From contig JABLTI010000052.1 in the NCBI GenBank assembly GCA_013166835.1, positions 1-17,720 on the forward strand: a DNA stretch of 17,720 bases, given 5' to 3'. The position numbers were made by a program, and so were the translations under genes. Shown here in pieces: positions 1 through 8,864 of the stretch. How positions within the stretch are numbered: position 1 is the stretch's first letter; each line of letters opens with the position of its first letter. The stretch comes from Promethearchaeati archaeon. Its GTDB lineage: Archaea > Asgardarchaeota > Heimdallarchaeia > JABLTI01. The notes under the pieces were generated by a model that was given only the letters and a program-made list of their open reading frames with translations, did no database searches and was not told where the DNA came from.

Positions 1-851
1 CCTACCCAGAATTTCATTGAATCAAGTTCAGTAGTATCTGTGAAATCAAATAAGATATCATCAGCATATGCGCCAGTATCTAGTGGTCTTATGAATTCAA
101 CAACATACCTGTTGTCGCCTGTAGCGTTCCATGTATAACCCATGTCAACATCTCTTTGACTACCAGTAGGAGTGAGGCTTTCGAACCAACCAATGAATGC
201 TGTTCCATTCACTAATGCATCATGATCCAGAATTGGATTCGTGTTGTTATATCTATCTGGCTGTGCCCAATCTGCATGAGTAGTTGTGTCGTAATTCTCA
301 TCGTATGGTAGAACACCAGCATCTGGTATCCAGGAACCATTAACTTCGTATGCATAAGCGTTATCGCCTCTTATTGATTCCATCCAAATCCAAATGTCAG
401 AATAACCAGATGAATTTGTGAATCCAACTGCTAACATATCATCAGCACCAGCGAGTTGATCGTAGGTACCATGAGTAGCATTATCTAATGTAGAACTACC
501 AGTCTTGTTCCATTCACTGAGTTTTCCATCTCTTGATGAATCTACCCAGGCTAAACCAACATATACATCATTTGTATCATAACCGATATAGACATCTACA
601 CCGTTGAAAATATCATGTATTGTTGATCCCCAGTCAGATAAATCACCATCAGCTGCGATTGTCTCTCCGGATACATCTTGTAACCAAACACCTTTGTTGC
701 CCATTGGGCCACCAGTGGCTTCGGGAGATACATCAGATGATGCTGGGACTATAGCTGAACCAGAAGCTGGAGTACTATAATTGCCTACAGTGAGCAAGCT
801 AGAAAACATAGCAAATAGCAAAACTGTAGCTAAAAGTTTACTTTTCTTCAT
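1..851 (-). CDS. Secreted/surface glycoprotein with DOMON-like (ethylbenzene dehydrogenase gamma / EB_dh-related) domain; 3' end lies outside the window
   Basis: Hand translation from ATG at 851 (in-frame alternative at 863) stays open to the window edge, about 283 codons. It begins with a signal peptide (MKKSKLLATVLLFAMFSSLLTVG), followed by IAADGDLSDW, YDTNDVYVGLAWVD, DIWIWMESIR and PTGSQRDV...W...RYVVEFIRPLDTG..DD, which are DOMON/EB_dh-like motifs. Eight N-x-S/T sequons. Absent from the ORF track because no stop codon is in the window. Confidence 0.8.
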   Translation of the reverse strand, partial: MKKSKLLATVLLFAMFSSLLTVGNYSTPASGSAIVPASSDVSPEATGGPMGNKGVWLQDVSGETIAADGDLSDWGSTIHDIFNGVDVYIGYDTNDVYVGLAWVDSSRDGKLSEWNKTGSSTLDNATHGTYDQLAGADDMLAVGFTNSSGYSDIWIWMESIRGDNAYAYEVNGSWIPDAGVLPYDENYDTTTHADWAQPDRYNNTNPILDHDALVNGTAFIGWFESLTPTGSQRDVDMGYTWNATGDNRYVVEFIRPLDTGAYADDILFDFTDTTELDSMKFWV

Positions 852-946
852 AATTCGAATCATCTTCCTATATATTCTTAGGCCAAATCTAGCATTCCTA
901 GCCTTCGCAAGGAACTTAGATTAGTACCCTACGTTAAAATAAGGGC

Positions 947-960
947 ATATATACTTTTCG
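947..960 (-). promoter_or_regulatory. Putative archaeal BRE-TATA promoter for the secreted protein gene
   Basis: The minus strand reads CGAAAAGTATATAT, a purine run followed by a TATA-like box, about 95 nt upstream of the ATG at 851. The AT-rich background makes this weak. Confidence 0.35.
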
Positions 961-1062
961 TATACTTTAAGGGATTATTTATTCTTTAAACTGTTTTTTA
1001 AACAATTTAACGATTATCTTAATAAATACACTGTATGGTCAAACAAACAAACTGTTCACGAA

Positions 1063-1121
1063 CTGTTCAGAAAAATCTGAAGGGTTAAACACGAATTTTC
1101 TGACATTTTGTCGCGGAACAG
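1063..1121. other. Nested inverted repeats just downstream of mutL (possible terminator or structured RNA)
   Basis: CTGTTC(1063-1068)/GAACAG(1116-1121) enclose AGAAAAATC(1069-1077)/GAATTTTCT(1093-1101) and GACA(1102-1105)/TGTC(1109-1112). Confidence 0.3.
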
Positions 1122-1133
1122 AAAGACAATTTA

Positions 1134-2990
1134 TTAAACTATACGACCAAATTCTTTCTCTAAGCTCTTCTCAGAGATTTTTATTATAGTAGGACGACCA
1201 TGAGGACAGGTAAATGGGTTCTGACAGGCACTTAAATCCCTCAAAATTACCACTATTCTGTTAACAGATACTGGGTCACCACTTCTAATAACGGAATGGC
1301 AAGCCATAGTTTTAATGATTAAATCAATTCTATCACTCACGTTTTTCAATGAAACAACTTCTTTTTTCATCTCATCAACAAAATTTTGAATATCAGTATC
1401 GGTCTTGAGAAGATCCATAATTACTGGAAGACGACGGATAATATAGGTGTCACCACCAAATAGCTCAAATTCTATACCCATTTTTTTCAGTTGTGGTAAA
1501 TAATCACTCATGAAAGCGATTTGGTCTTTAGTCAGCTGAAACGTTATAGGATGAAGTAATTCTTGAATTTGTATTTTAGATTTCTTGTACATTGTAAGTA
1601 ATTGTTCATATCTAATTCTTTCATGGGCAGCATGTATATCCACTACAGCTATACCCTCACTTGATTCGCATAGGGCATAGAGATTGAGTGCTTGTCCTAA
1701 AGGCTTTAACCAAAATGTATCAGAGAAAACCACTAGATCAGTTTTCGCTGCCAGCAATACTTCAGATGTTGAAGGATCACTTGTAATCAATCCATCTGTT
1801 TTGAATTCTAATTGTGAATCAATAGAATCAGTGCTTTTTTTATTAGATTCTTCTTCTGTTTTAATTCCAGCTTCAATAATAGAATCCGTTACTTCTAATT
1901 GTCCTGTAATAGATTCAAATTGCAACCCACTTTGCTTTGAAATTTTATCGAAGGACTTCTTTAACAAGGATTTATCTTCACGCCATAATTCCAAGGATGA
2001 CAATGAATCAGCTATTGCTTCTTTAATAACATCAAATATTCCCTTTGCGTTATTGAAACGAACCTCTCTTTTTGTTGGATGAATATTGACATCGATCTCA
2101 AAACTAGGGATTTCAATATTTAGAAGGGTTACTGGATACCTGTTTTTCATCAGCAAAGTTTTGTATGCTTCTTCAATGGCTTCGGATAATAACTTGCTTT
2201 TAACATATCGTTTGTTAACGTACAACATTTCGTAATCTCTAGTTGAACGGGATAAAGCTGGACTAGAAGTGAAGCCAGTAATTGCTATTTCATCTTTTTT
2301 GAAATTTATTGGAATCATTTGTTTTGCCATCTCAACTCCAAAAACAGATATGAAAGGTTCTAGGGAATTCTTACTTTTTGGGCTGTTAAGAAGAACAGAT
2401 TTTTCGTGTAAAAGTTTGAAATGAATATTTGGTCTAATCATAGCTTGTCTTGTTACAATTTCAATAATATGACCAAGTTCTGTTGTTTTTGTTTTCAGAA
2501 ACTTCTTTCGAGCAGGAACATTGAAGAACAAATTCTTTACTGATATGCTTGTACCAAGACTACATTCTCGTTCTTCAAATAATTCTAAATCACCGCCTTT
2601 GATTCTCACAAAAATCCCTGTTTCCTGTCCTTTTCTTTTTGTGAGTATTTCCATGGTGGAAACAGAAGCTATGCTAGCAAGCGCTTCTCCTCTGAAACCC
2701 ATAGAATTGATCGCGTCTAAATCTTCGATTGTTTTCAGCTTACTCGTTGTATGAGATTTCCAGGCAATTGCAGCATCCTCTTTACTCATACCCAACCCAT
2801 TGTCAACTATTTTGATTTCATCAAGCCCATGTCCCTTAATAAAAACAGATATTTCAGTTGCTTTTGCATCCAAAGAATTTTCAACTAATTCTTTTACAAC
2901 AGATGCTGGACGTTCAACTACTTCTCCAGCTGCAATCTTGTTAATGGTTTTTTTATCAAGTTGAATAATTGTCTGTTTGGATTCAGGCAT
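1134..2990 (-). CDS. mutL: DNA mismatch repair endonuclease MutL
   Basis: GHL ATPase motifs IAAGEVVERPASVVKELVENSLDA, DNGLGM, TSK and GFRGEALASI; DVNIHPTKREVRF. C-terminal endonuclease motifs DIHAAHERIRYE, ACH and CPHGRP. GGTGAG RBS upstream. Confidence 0.98.
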   Translation of the reverse strand: MPESKQTIIQLDKKTINKIAAGEVVERPASVVKELVENSLDAKATEISVFIKGHGLDEIKIVDNGLGMSKEDAAIAWKSHTTSKLKTIEDLDAINSMGFRGEALASIASVSTMEILTKRKGQETGIFVRIKGGDLELFEERECSLGTSISVKNLFFNVPARKKFLKTKTTELGHIIEIVTRQAMIRPNIHFKLLHEKSVLLNSPKSKNSLEPFISVFGVEMAKQMIPINFKKDEIAITGFTSSPALSRSTRDYEMLYVNKRYVKSKLLSEAIEEAYKTLLMKNRYPVTLLNIEIPSFEIDVNIHPTKREVRFNNAKGIFDVIKEAIADSLSSLELWREDKSLLKKSFDKISKQSGLQFESITGQLEVTDSIIEAGIKTEEESNKKSTDSIDSQLEFKTDGLITSDPSTSEVLLAAKTDLVVFSDTFWLKPLGQALNLYALCESSEGIAVVDIHAAHERIRYEQLLTMYKKSKIQIQELLHPITFQLTKDQIAFMSDYLPQLKKMGIEFELFGGDTYIIRRLPVIMDLLKTDTDIQNFVDEMKKEVVSLKNVSDRIDLIIKTMACHSVIRSGDPVSVNRIVVILRDLSACQNPFTCPHGRPTIIKISEKSLEKEFGRIV

Positions 2991-3005
2991 GGAAGCTCAC
3001 CGCTT

Positions 3006-5702
3006 CTACTTCACTTGCTTGTAGCTATTTTTTATTCGATCAATAATCTTGTTGAGTTTATTCAAAGCTTCAAGAGGAGTAAGATTTTCAATGTTAATTT
3101 CTTTAAGTTCTTCAATTATTTCTTCATTAATTCTATCCTTTTCATCTCGAGTGGATTGTTGGAAAATACTTTGCATGATCTTCAGGTCTTTGGCACTGGT
3201 TTTTGATCCATCAGCTATTTGACCCAAGAGATCGGTTTGTATAGAATCCGCCTTCGGACCTTTTTGGACTTCGGTTACGTCTTCTCCACGAGCAGATTGA
3301 AACTCTAGGAATTGTAAAATTTCCTTTGCTCTACTAATAACGGCATCTGGCATACCAGATAATTTAGCTACTTGGATACCATAGCTTTTGTCTGTACCTC
3401 CCGGAATGATTTTGTGGAGGAATAGAATCTTGTCTTCTTTTTTCTTTACTTGCACACTATAGTTCTTTACTCGCTCAAGATATTTTTCAAGATCAATTAA
3501 TTGATGATAGTGTGTGGCGAATAGCGTTTTTGCCCCAAGTTTCTCAGAATTGTGCAGGTATTCAGCAACTGCCCAAGCAATACTTACCCCATCAAAAGTT
3601 GATGTACCCCGTCCTATTTCATCCAAGATAATCAAACTACGTTTGGTAGCATTGTTTAGAATATTAGCGGTTTCATTCATCTCCACAAGAAAAGTTGAAA
3701 GACCTTTTGAGATATCATCTGATGCGCCAATTCTTGTAAACAAACGATCAACTACACCAATAGTGGCTTTTTCTGCCGGAACAAAACAACCGATTTGAGC
3801 TAAGAGTGTGATAAGAGCAACTTGCCGAATATAGGTCGATTTCCCAGACATATTAGGACCAGTTATTATTAGAATTTGATCTGATTTATTATTCATCTTA
3901 GTATCATTTGGAATGAACGATTGTTCTAGAAGCATTTTTTCAACTACAGGATGACGACCATTGACTATAGAGATGTTCAATGAATTATTCACTGTTGGAC
4001 GAACATAGGCATTATTTCTTGATATCTCAGCGAAGGTTGTAAGACAATCTAGCTCAGCTATTTTCTCAGCATTAATAAGGATTTTAGCTATTTCTTTATG
4101 GACTGCATCTCTAATTTCGCAAAAGAGCTTATACTCGAGATCATTGATCTGATCCTTCGCACTCAAGATTTTAGCTTCGTATTCCTTTAATTCCGAAGTT
4201 ATAAATCGCTTCCCACTTGTAAGCTCAGACTTGAAAACATAATAATCAGGAACTAAATTCTGGTAATTCTTCCCAACTTGGATGTAATACCCTAAAACTC
4301 GATTGTACTCTACTCGAAGTGCTTTTATTCCTGTTTTTGTTTTCTCCTCTAATTCATACTTGATAATCCACTTTCTTCCACCTTCAGAGATTTCTCTCAC
4401 ATCATCGAGCTCTTGATTGTACCCGCTCTTAATAATTCCACCATCCTTAATGGTAGCGGAAGGGGATTCTTTTATTGCGTTCTCAATTTTTGTAATAAGT
4501 GGTTTCATACTGTGCAATTCTTTTGAGATTCTTTTTGCAGCAGCAGACTGCAGTGTTTTAAGGATTTTAGTAATTGTGGGGATGGTTTTCAATGAATTCT
4601 TAATAGAAACGACATCACGAGCATTAGCTCTTCTCAGAGAAATTTGACTTGCTAATCGTTCTAAATCTTGTATTGGTTTAAGAGTAGAACGCATATCTTC
4701 TCTCGCAAAAGAATTCTCAACGAATTCTTCGACAGCATCAAGTCGTTCTTTTATTTTTGGAACCTCAACTAAAGGGCGATTTAATGCTCGTCTTATGAAC
4801 CTCCCACCCATTGAAGTACAGCTCTTATCTAGAATCTCAATCAAGGTTCCTTTGGAAGTATTATCTCGAGCGTTTTTTGTTAATTCCAAACTTTTGAATG
4901 ATGTAGGATCAATCACCATGTAACCTTTGGTTGAATAAAGAGACATGTTACGAACATTATCAAGTTTCGATTTCTGAGTTTCCATTAGATAGTCAAGTAA
5001 AGCACCTGCTGCAGAAACCGCTAATGGCTTATCTTCACAACCGAATCCTTCCAAAGTTTTGGTTTTGAAATGCTCAATAAGAAGTTGATATGAGGAATCA
5101 AAAGAGAAGCGATAATCCTCTAATTTAGAAATCATCACATTTTCAAGTGCTTCTAAAATGATTTCACTTAAATTGTGTTTTTCAGAAACTATGCATTCAT
5201 TTGGATCAATTCTATTGAGCTCAATCAGCAATTCTTCTAGAGCAACTGTTTCTATAAAATGAGTGACTCTGAATTCACCGGTAGAAACATCTGCTAAAGC
5301 TAAACCATATTTCTTACCTTTCTCAAAGATTGAGACTATGTAGTTGTTTTCATTTGAATTAAGCATAGTACTTTCTGTTAAGGTACCGGGTGTGAGAATA
5401 CGGATAACTCCTCGCTTAACCAGTCCTTTTGCTTCACTAGCATCTTCTAATTGATCTACAACTGCAACTTTGTACCCATGCTTAACTAAAGTGGTCATGT
5501 ATGCATCCACTGCTTTCGCAGGAACTCCCGCAAGAGGTTCACCAGACCTAGCAGTAAGCGTTATTCCTAAGATTTTAGCTCCTAGTTTTGCATCGTCCCC
5601 AAAAAGCTCGAAGAAATCTCCCACTCGGAATAAAATAAGACAATCTGAGTACTTTCGTTTGAAAGTGAGATATTGTTTCATCATGGGAGTAACTCTTGAC
5701 AT
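3006..5702 (-). CDS. mutS: DNA mismatch repair protein MutS (MutS1)
   Basis: TPMMKQY; mismatch-binding GDFFELF (Phe-x-Glu); Walker A TGPNMSGKST; STFLVEM; Walker B LIILDEIGRGTS; FATHYH; SYGIQVA. ATG at 5702, preceded by GAGGG, is preferred over the TTG at 5714 in the ORF track. 15-nt gap to mutL. Confidence 0.98.
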   Translation of the reverse strand: MSRVTPMMKQYLTFKRKYSDCLILFRVGDFFELFGDDAKLGAKILGITLTARSGEPLAGVPAKAVDAYMTTLVKHGYKVAVVDQLEDASEAKGLVKRGVIRILTPGTLTESTMLNSNENNYIVSIFEKGKKYGLALADVSTGEFRVTHFIETVALEELLIELNRIDPNECIVSEKHNLSEIILEALENVMISKLEDYRFSFDSSYQLLIEHFKTKTLEGFGCEDKPLAVSAAGALLDYLMETQKSKLDNVRNMSLYSTKGYMVIDPTSFKSLELTKNARDNTSKGTLIEILDKSCTSMGGRFIRRALNRPLVEVPKIKERLDAVEEFVENSFAREDMRSTLKPIQDLERLASQISLRRANARDVVSIKNSLKTIPTITKILKTLQSAAAKRISKELHSMKPLITKIENAIKESPSATIKDGGIIKSGYNQELDDVREISEGGRKWIIKYELEEKTKTGIKALRVEYNRVLGYYIQVGKNYQNLVPDYYVFKSELTSGKRFITSELKEYEAKILSAKDQINDLEYKLFCEIRDAVHKEIAKILINAEKIAELDCLTTFAEISRNNAYVRPTVNNSLNISIVNGRHPVVEKMLLEQSFIPNDTKMNNKSDQILIITGPNMSGKSTYIRQVALITLLAQIGCFVPAEKATIGVVDRLFTRIGASDDISKGLSTFLVEMNETANILNNATKRSLIILDEIGRGTSTFDGVSIAWAVAEYLHNSEKLGAKTLFATHYHQLIDLEKYLERVKNYSVQVKKKEDKILFLHKIIPGGTDKSYGIQVAKLSGMPDAVISRAKEILQFLEFQSARGEDVTEVQKGPKADSIQTDLLGQIADGSKTSAKDLKIMQSIFQQSTRDEKDRINEEIIEELKEINIENLTPLEALNKLNKIIDRIKNSYKQVK

Positions 5703-5717
5703 CGAAACCCTCAACTC

Positions 5718-5730
5718 TGTGTACTACACA
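5718..5730. promoter_or_regulatory. Palindrome TGTGTA-C-TACACA upstream of mutS (candidate operator)
   Basis: Perfect 6-1-6 inverted repeat about 15 nt upstream of the mutS ATG, in the divergent intergenic region. Confidence 0.3.
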
Positions 5731-5827
5731 CAGTTAATAAACTCATTAAAATGTTAAGTTTAAAAATTTTTCAGATGTTTTAAAGAAAGATGTAATACAA
5801 AATAAACCCTAAAATTAAGCCATTTTG

Positions 5828-5867
5828 ATAGAAAATCAGCGGCAATTTTATAGAAATTTGCGGAATT
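5828..5867 (+). repeat. Imperfect tandem direct repeat (period 22 bp) upstream of the AbrB-toroid fusion gene
   Basis: ATAGAAAATCAGCGGCAATT (5828-5847) and ATAGAAATTTGCGGAATT (5850-5867). Confidence 0.4.
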
Positions 5868-5909
5868 ATTTATTGGGGCATCAAAGTTTCCTGCAAAAAT
5901 AATGGGTTA

Positions 5910-7508
5910 ATGATTCAAGAAAATGTGTTGAAAATGGGCAAACGGATTATTTCATCTTTACCTCAAATTCTGGGATTTACTACTATTTCTCCTGAGGGAA
6001 AATTCAAACTAAAAAAAACAGTACTAAATTACTTTGGATTTAACAATTTACAGGTACTGTATCTAGATACAAAAAATGAATTACTTCTTACAACAAACAA
6101 GGTAGGAGAAAGATTATCTGTTCTACCAAACAATTGGTTAGTTTTGCCTGGAAATGCTCGAGAGAATCTTCAACTCAAAGGGAAAACCAATATTTGTTTC
6201 ATTCAAAGACAGAATGGAGTTGCAATCAAGAGATATAAAATGACTGTGAAAAAAAGTAAAAGACCTCGAATTGTAGACATTGAATCTAGTTACTTAGTAA
6301 CAAGACGGGTTGAAACCTTTGGTGAGGTAACAGATCTCTTAAATGAATTAGTAAAAAGTCAAGTAAATTATAAATTGAAGTTTGATATTGCAGACTATTG
6401 GAAAGAAAAGAAAACACTCTCAGCATGGAAAGCTAGACAACTCTTAGATATAGAAGAAGAAACTGATGAGGAATTGTTAAGAGCGTTAATCCAAGAAAGA
6501 TTATCGAAACAACTTGATGATGGCTCGTGGGATGAGCTAGCAACTACAACTGCAAAAAATCTCAAAGAATTGGCCCAACTGGGAATGAACAGTAATTATC
6601 CTCAAATACAAAAAGCCATAAAATGGTTGCTGGAAAGACCTCAATCACCGCATAATCCAGGGATGTTTTTCTTAACAGATGAACTTGTTGCTGAACAACA
6701 AGAGATCATAAAACGCAGAAAGGAACAAGCAGTAGGTCCAAAAGAAAGATTTCGCAAACGACCAAGATCTGAATTAAAAATAATTAATGTTGTAAACGAG
6801 CTATATGATAATGCTTGCGGTCCTCGAATTATGTGGCCAAACGCAATAGTTATGGAAACATTGCTGGAGTACGGATACGAATTCAATGAGCGAGTACAAA
6901 CAATTATTAACACTCTAACATTTGGTGGATGGTGTGAGTGCGCTTATCAACATGGTCCGAGAAGGAGAAAGAGAACAGAACCATTTTCAATGAAAGAAAT
7001 TGAAAAGTTTGAGGAACAAACACTTTTTGAGTTCAAGCATGGTGGACTTTTTAATTTTAAATTACTGATTATACAACCAACCTGGAGTCATTTAATGCGT
7101 TTATCTCACAAGAAAAAAGGAGATAATGTTGAGTATTCTTTACGAATGCCAACACACACACAAGGATGTGAAGTTATAACTACTGGTGCTTTAAGTAAAG
7201 TGACCAATGAAAAACTGTGGCGATTAGCGGAATCTCATCTTTGGCGTTTTGTCGTGGCTTTGTTTAATGCATATAATAATCCTTACGGGATGGATGAATT
7301 AATCAAGTATAGTCTTAGTCCTTACTCCTTCCTGAATGTGTTCTCAAAATATAATACAAAAGCAGCACAACTAGGCATACTTTTATCTCTTCCATGGATA
7401 GTGGAACATCAAAATGAAGATGGAACATGGGGTAATCTAAACACAAAGGAAAGTGCTACTCTAGCAGTGTTAAATGCCTTAAAAAATATTGAATTCGACG
7501 TTATCTAA
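5910..7508 (+). CDS. Uncharacterised protein: N-terminal tandem AbrB/MraZ-like swapped-hairpin repeats fused to an alpha/alpha-toroid (terpenoid cyclase/prenyltransferase-beta fold, QW motifs)
   Basis: FTTISPEGKFKLKKTVLNYFGF and SVLPNNWLVLPGNARENLQLKGKTNICFIQRQNGVAIK resemble AbrB-type repeats. QLDDGSW, IQKAIKWLL and HQNEDGTWG are QW-type motifs. The 532-aa ORF is confident; the domain calls are less so. Alternative ATG at 5934. Confidence 0.6.
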   Translation: MIQENVLKMGKRIISSLPQILGFTTISPEGKFKLKKTVLNYFGFNNLQVLYLDTKNELLLTTNKVGERLSVLPNNWLVLPGNARENLQLKGKTNICFIQRQNGVAIKRYKMTVKKSKRPRIVDIESSYLVTRRVETFGEVTDLLNELVKSQVNYKLKFDIADYWKEKKTLSAWKARQLLDIEEETDEELLRALIQERLSKQLDDGSWDELATTTAKNLKELAQLGMNSNYPQIQKAIKWLLERPQSPHNPGMFFLTDELVAEQQEIIKRRKEQAVGPKERFRKRPRSELKIINVVNELYDNACGPRIMWPNAIVMETLLEYGYEFNERVQTIINTLTFGGWCECAYQHGPRRRKRTEPFSMKEIEKFEEQTLFEFKHGGLFNFKLLIIQPTWSHLMRLSHKKKGDNVEYSLRMPTHTQGCEVITTGALSKVTNEKLWRLAESHLWRFVVALFNAYNNPYGMDELIKYSLSPYSFLNVFSKYNTKAAQLGILLSLPWIVEHQNEDGTWGNLNTKESATLAVLNALKNIEFDVI

Positions 7509-7610
7509 AATTGTTTAAATATTTAATGGTCATTTATTGCCAGTTCTTACTTAAAAAGTGCCCATACTCTGTATTAATTAGAAGTATATTGTTTATTGGT
7601 GATCAAGAAA

Positions 7611-8756
7611 ATGTCAGATAAGAAGGATGAGCAAATACAAAAGATACTTGATAATGTTGTAGCAGTCAAGTTTGAAGGCAGACCAATTCCAATTTGGGAA
7701 GAAAAACAGGTCCTAAGTGATTTAATGAAGCAATTCAATGTGCCAGGAATTGGTATTGTATTGATTAATAATTTTGAAATAGAGTGGTCAAAATTTATCG
7801 GTGTTCAAGATTTAAATTCTAAAAAAGAGGTTAATTCACAGACACTTTTTGAAGCAGCATCAACAACCAAAGCACTAGTTGCTGTCGCAGCTTTGCATTA
7901 TGTTGAGAATGGTTTACTAGATTTAGATACAGATGTTAATGAATATTTGAAAGATTGGAAGATTCCAGAAAGTGAATTTACAAAGAAAGAGAAAGTAACT
8001 CTTAGAAGATTATTAACTCACTCAGCAGGTATTAATCCTCCAGATAGTAATTATAGCTATAAAGAAGGTTCATCACCATCACTACTTGATGTCTTAAAAG
8101 GTCAATCTCCAGCTATAAATGATCCTGTAAAACTAGTCTTTGAGCCTGGTTCGAAACATCAATATTCAAATTTAGCTTTTAACATCATTCAAAAAATACT
8201 TGAAGATGTTGCAGGGAAACCATTTACTCAATTAATGAAGGAAATTATTTTTGACCCAATAGAAATGAAAAATAGCACATTAGAGTATCCTTTACCTGAT
8301 GAAATGAATGAAAGAGCAATTTTGCATCATACTGCAGAAGGAGAAGTGAAAGGTAAAGGATTACATCCAGCAGCAATGGCACAAGGAAATTTGAGTTGTA
8401 ATCCAATTGACTTAGCTAAATTCGTTGTTGAAATTATGAAGGCATACCATGGAAAATCTGAAAAGATAATATCACAAGAAACAGCTAAGAGTATATTTAC
8501 ATCCTATAAATCATTTGGACCTACAGAATTAATGGGTTTTACAGATCAAGCACTAGGATTTTTCTTAATAAAGAATGATAAGGATACGTTCTTTTTACAT
8601 CCTGGCGGAAACCTTCCCGGTGCTAATTGTATGTTACTTGGTTCAGCTTTGACTGGTCAAGGAGTAATAATCATGTCAAATGCTGCTATGGGTGAATTAT
8701 TGAATATGCGATTAACCTACACCTTAGCTAAAGAGTACGATTGGAATTTTGGTTAG
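7611..8756 (+). CDS. Serine hydrolase, beta-lactamase/AmpC-like family
   Basis: FEAASTTK (SxxK), LRRLLTHSAG, FEPGSKHQYSN (YxN), HPGG at the HTG position. ATG at 7611 follows a GGTGAT RBS (the ORF track starts at 7596). No signal peptide. Confidence 0.92.
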   Translation: MSDKKDEQIQKILDNVVAVKFEGRPIPIWEEKQVLSDLMKQFNVPGIGIVLINNFEIEWSKFIGVQDLNSKKEVNSQTLFEAASTTKALVAVAALHYVENGLLDLDTDVNEYLKDWKIPESEFTKKEKVTLRRLLTHSAGINPPDSNYSYKEGSSPSLLDVLKGQSPAINDPVKLVFEPGSKHQYSNLAFNIIQKILEDVAGKPFTQLMKEIIFDPIEMKNSTLEYPLPDEMNERAILHHTAEGEVKGKGLHPAAMAQGNLSCNPIDLAKFVVEIMKAYHGKSEKIISQETAKSIFTSYKSFGPTELMGFTDQALGFFLIKNDKDTFFLHPGGNLPGANCMLLGSALTGQGVIIMSNAAMGELLNMRLTYTLAKEYDWNFG

Positions 8757-8803
8757 TTTCTTAAACCATTTATGAAAAACTAACCATTTTTTCTTTTTTT
8801 TTT
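8750..8803 (+). terminator. Hairpin plus long T-tract terminator after the serine hydrolase gene
   Basis: TGGTTAGTTT(8750-8759)/AAACTAACCA(8777-8786) form a perfect 10-bp inverted repeat, immediately followed by a T-rich run (8787-8803). Confidence 0.65.
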
Positions 8804-8864
8804 CTTAGAAAATTAGTGATAAATAATTAATAATTACGTGAGTACGTTTACTTGAGGTATTATT

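Noticed and set aside
1684-5757. Plus-strand ORFs 1684-2082, 2521-2754, 2961-3206, 3514-3798, 4417-4647 and 5470-5757
   Set aside because: Antisense shadows of mutL/mutS with Ser/Ile/Phe-biased composition and no recognisable motifs.
7611-8756. Antibiotic-resistance beta-lactamase
   Set aside because: SxxK/YxN motifs are shared by esterases and D-peptidases of the family, and there is no signal peptide. Resistance cannot be claimed.
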